In this document: one piece after another, positions 62,596 through 64,000 of the stretch
Layout: the number at the start of each line of letters is the position of its first letter
How positions within the stretch are numbered: position 1 is the first letter of the stretch
DNA from: Tricharina praecox
Lineage: Eukaryota
Assembly (NCBI RefSeq): GCF_024521635.1
Contig: NW_026250428.1
Span: 62,001 to 126,000 of the forward strand
DNA: 64,000 nt
Reading direction: 5' to 3'
Made by a program: the position numbers and the translations under genes
The notes under the pieces: model-generated
Seen by the model: only the letters and a program-made list of their open reading frames with translations
Database searches by the model: none
What the model was told of the DNA's origin: nothing

Positions 62596-64000
62596 CGGTG
62601 TGTTTTGTTGCGATTGATCAGGTGTTATAGGGAAAGGGGTAACAAGTGGGATATGAGCTTGAGGAATGCGCGGCGGCGGAGAGTCGTAGATATAGTATTG
62701 TGGCCGCGTGCGGATCATTTTGAATGCGGGAGTCTTTTGAGTTTGAGATGGGACCATGACACAATCATCTCCGTGCAGGTTGAAGGGAATGTTTTCGCGC
62801 ATATCCAGAGTCTTCCGCCGTGATCGGCGTGGCCACATATCAAAGGTACTTACCTACCTTGTAGACTATTTCGCGTGACAGGAGGCCGAGTCGGCCCGGT
62901 CACCGGTGATATCTGTATGCCCTCGTAAGGGCAAGTTTACCTGAGGTATCCTTTGAAGCCAGACAGGACACTCATTGCTTTATGTGTTACCGCTGATTTC
63001 AGAAAGAGTTTCCAAACTTTGATACCGAACTGGGAACGTCGCGAAGCATTAAAGTGGTGCTTCCACGTTCTCACCACCGGCAGTCCTACTCCTGGGCTGG
63101 GCCCGCCACCTGTTTGGAAACACCTCAGTTTTTTTGACAGCCACGATAACGACTTGAGTGACCACCATCTTGGGCTCCATTTCATCATGCCACGCCTCGA
63201 AAGATAAATACATCTTCACTCCAGGTAACTATGAACATCGCGCAGATATTCCATTTCACATGCGCACACGCTTCTCCCCACTGTGACCGAGCCAGGCGAC
63301 AATGCCGCGACATCAGTTTGCAGCAGGTGATCTGATCTGATCTTGTTTTGAAACAATGATAATACCGCAGTAGAGGGTACTAGCCAGCTAGTAATTCGCT
63401 TTGGTTGCTGTTGTCAGCCAAAGCCACCTCCTTGCCGCCGTTTAAGTAAAATAGTCCCATAACCACCAGCGCTCGCGCTCTAGTACCAGCAAACCGGTTT
63501 CGGCCCGACCACAAAAACCGTTCTTGGCTCTGGCACCTCCTCAATGTCCAGAATCTGAAAGCAGGCCAACTCGACCTCTCTGTAGACGAGCCTGTCGATT
63601 TCCGTGCCGGTATCGAACGCGTCATCCTGCATATCCTTCCTCACCTCTATTAGAGCAATATCAATCCCTCACTGGCTCGATCACCCGCCGTAGGATCGGC
63701 AGTACTACCGACAGCGGCAGTGCCTCTCACATCGCCCGCGCCACCGGACTCTGCTGCCGGAACCACATGCAGGATTGGAAACTAAACCGCTCGCTCCCGC
63801 GGATGAATCCAAGTGTAGCTTTGACGTGCTGTCAGGCGAGATCACGACGGGGACCGTCAGATATTGGCTGCCCATTTGCATTCGTGCGTTTGTTGAGTTG
63901 TAGGTTGCGGATTGGTTGATTTATAAACTTATTGATTCACAGATGTAGATCTTATGTAGAGAGAACGGATAATTTCGGCCTCGAGTAGTCTGTGATGTGT

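Noticed and set aside
1..64000. Starship or other giant element, or pervasive RIP
   Set aside because: No tyrosine-recombinase captain or transposase was recognised. The region is not visibly AT-rich and only scattered Gln-to-stop changes were seen; RIP indices were not computed.

Overview
Eukaryotic, filamentous-ascomycete-type genomic DNA, judged from short GT-AG introns with CTRAC-like branch sites, PacC-type zinc fingers, Ty1/copia and Tad1-like LINE relics and TA-flanked MITEs. It is an accessory, fast-evolving region with no recognisable housekeeping or RNA genes. The main structure is a ~12 kb array (29.6-41.0 kb) of at least five repeats of a divergent two-gene module. One gene is a minus-strand fungal HNH-endonuclease-family gene; all five copies are broken and none retains the catalytic core. 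The other is a plus-strand 3-exon gene for a Cys/coiled-coil/hydrophobic-tail protein, of which two copies are intact. The array is flanked by a second multicopy family: three intact genes, one single-stop pseudogene and two fragments, possibly a degenerate restriction-endonuclease-like fold. The window also holds two paralogous 6-Cys secreted proteins, a disrupted PacC-like gene, an ankyrin gene, a foldback element enclosing a LINE RNase H fragment, two MITEs, two copia relics, minisatellites and several ORFs broken by a single in-frame stop. All family assignments come from motif recognition by eye, not from database searches.
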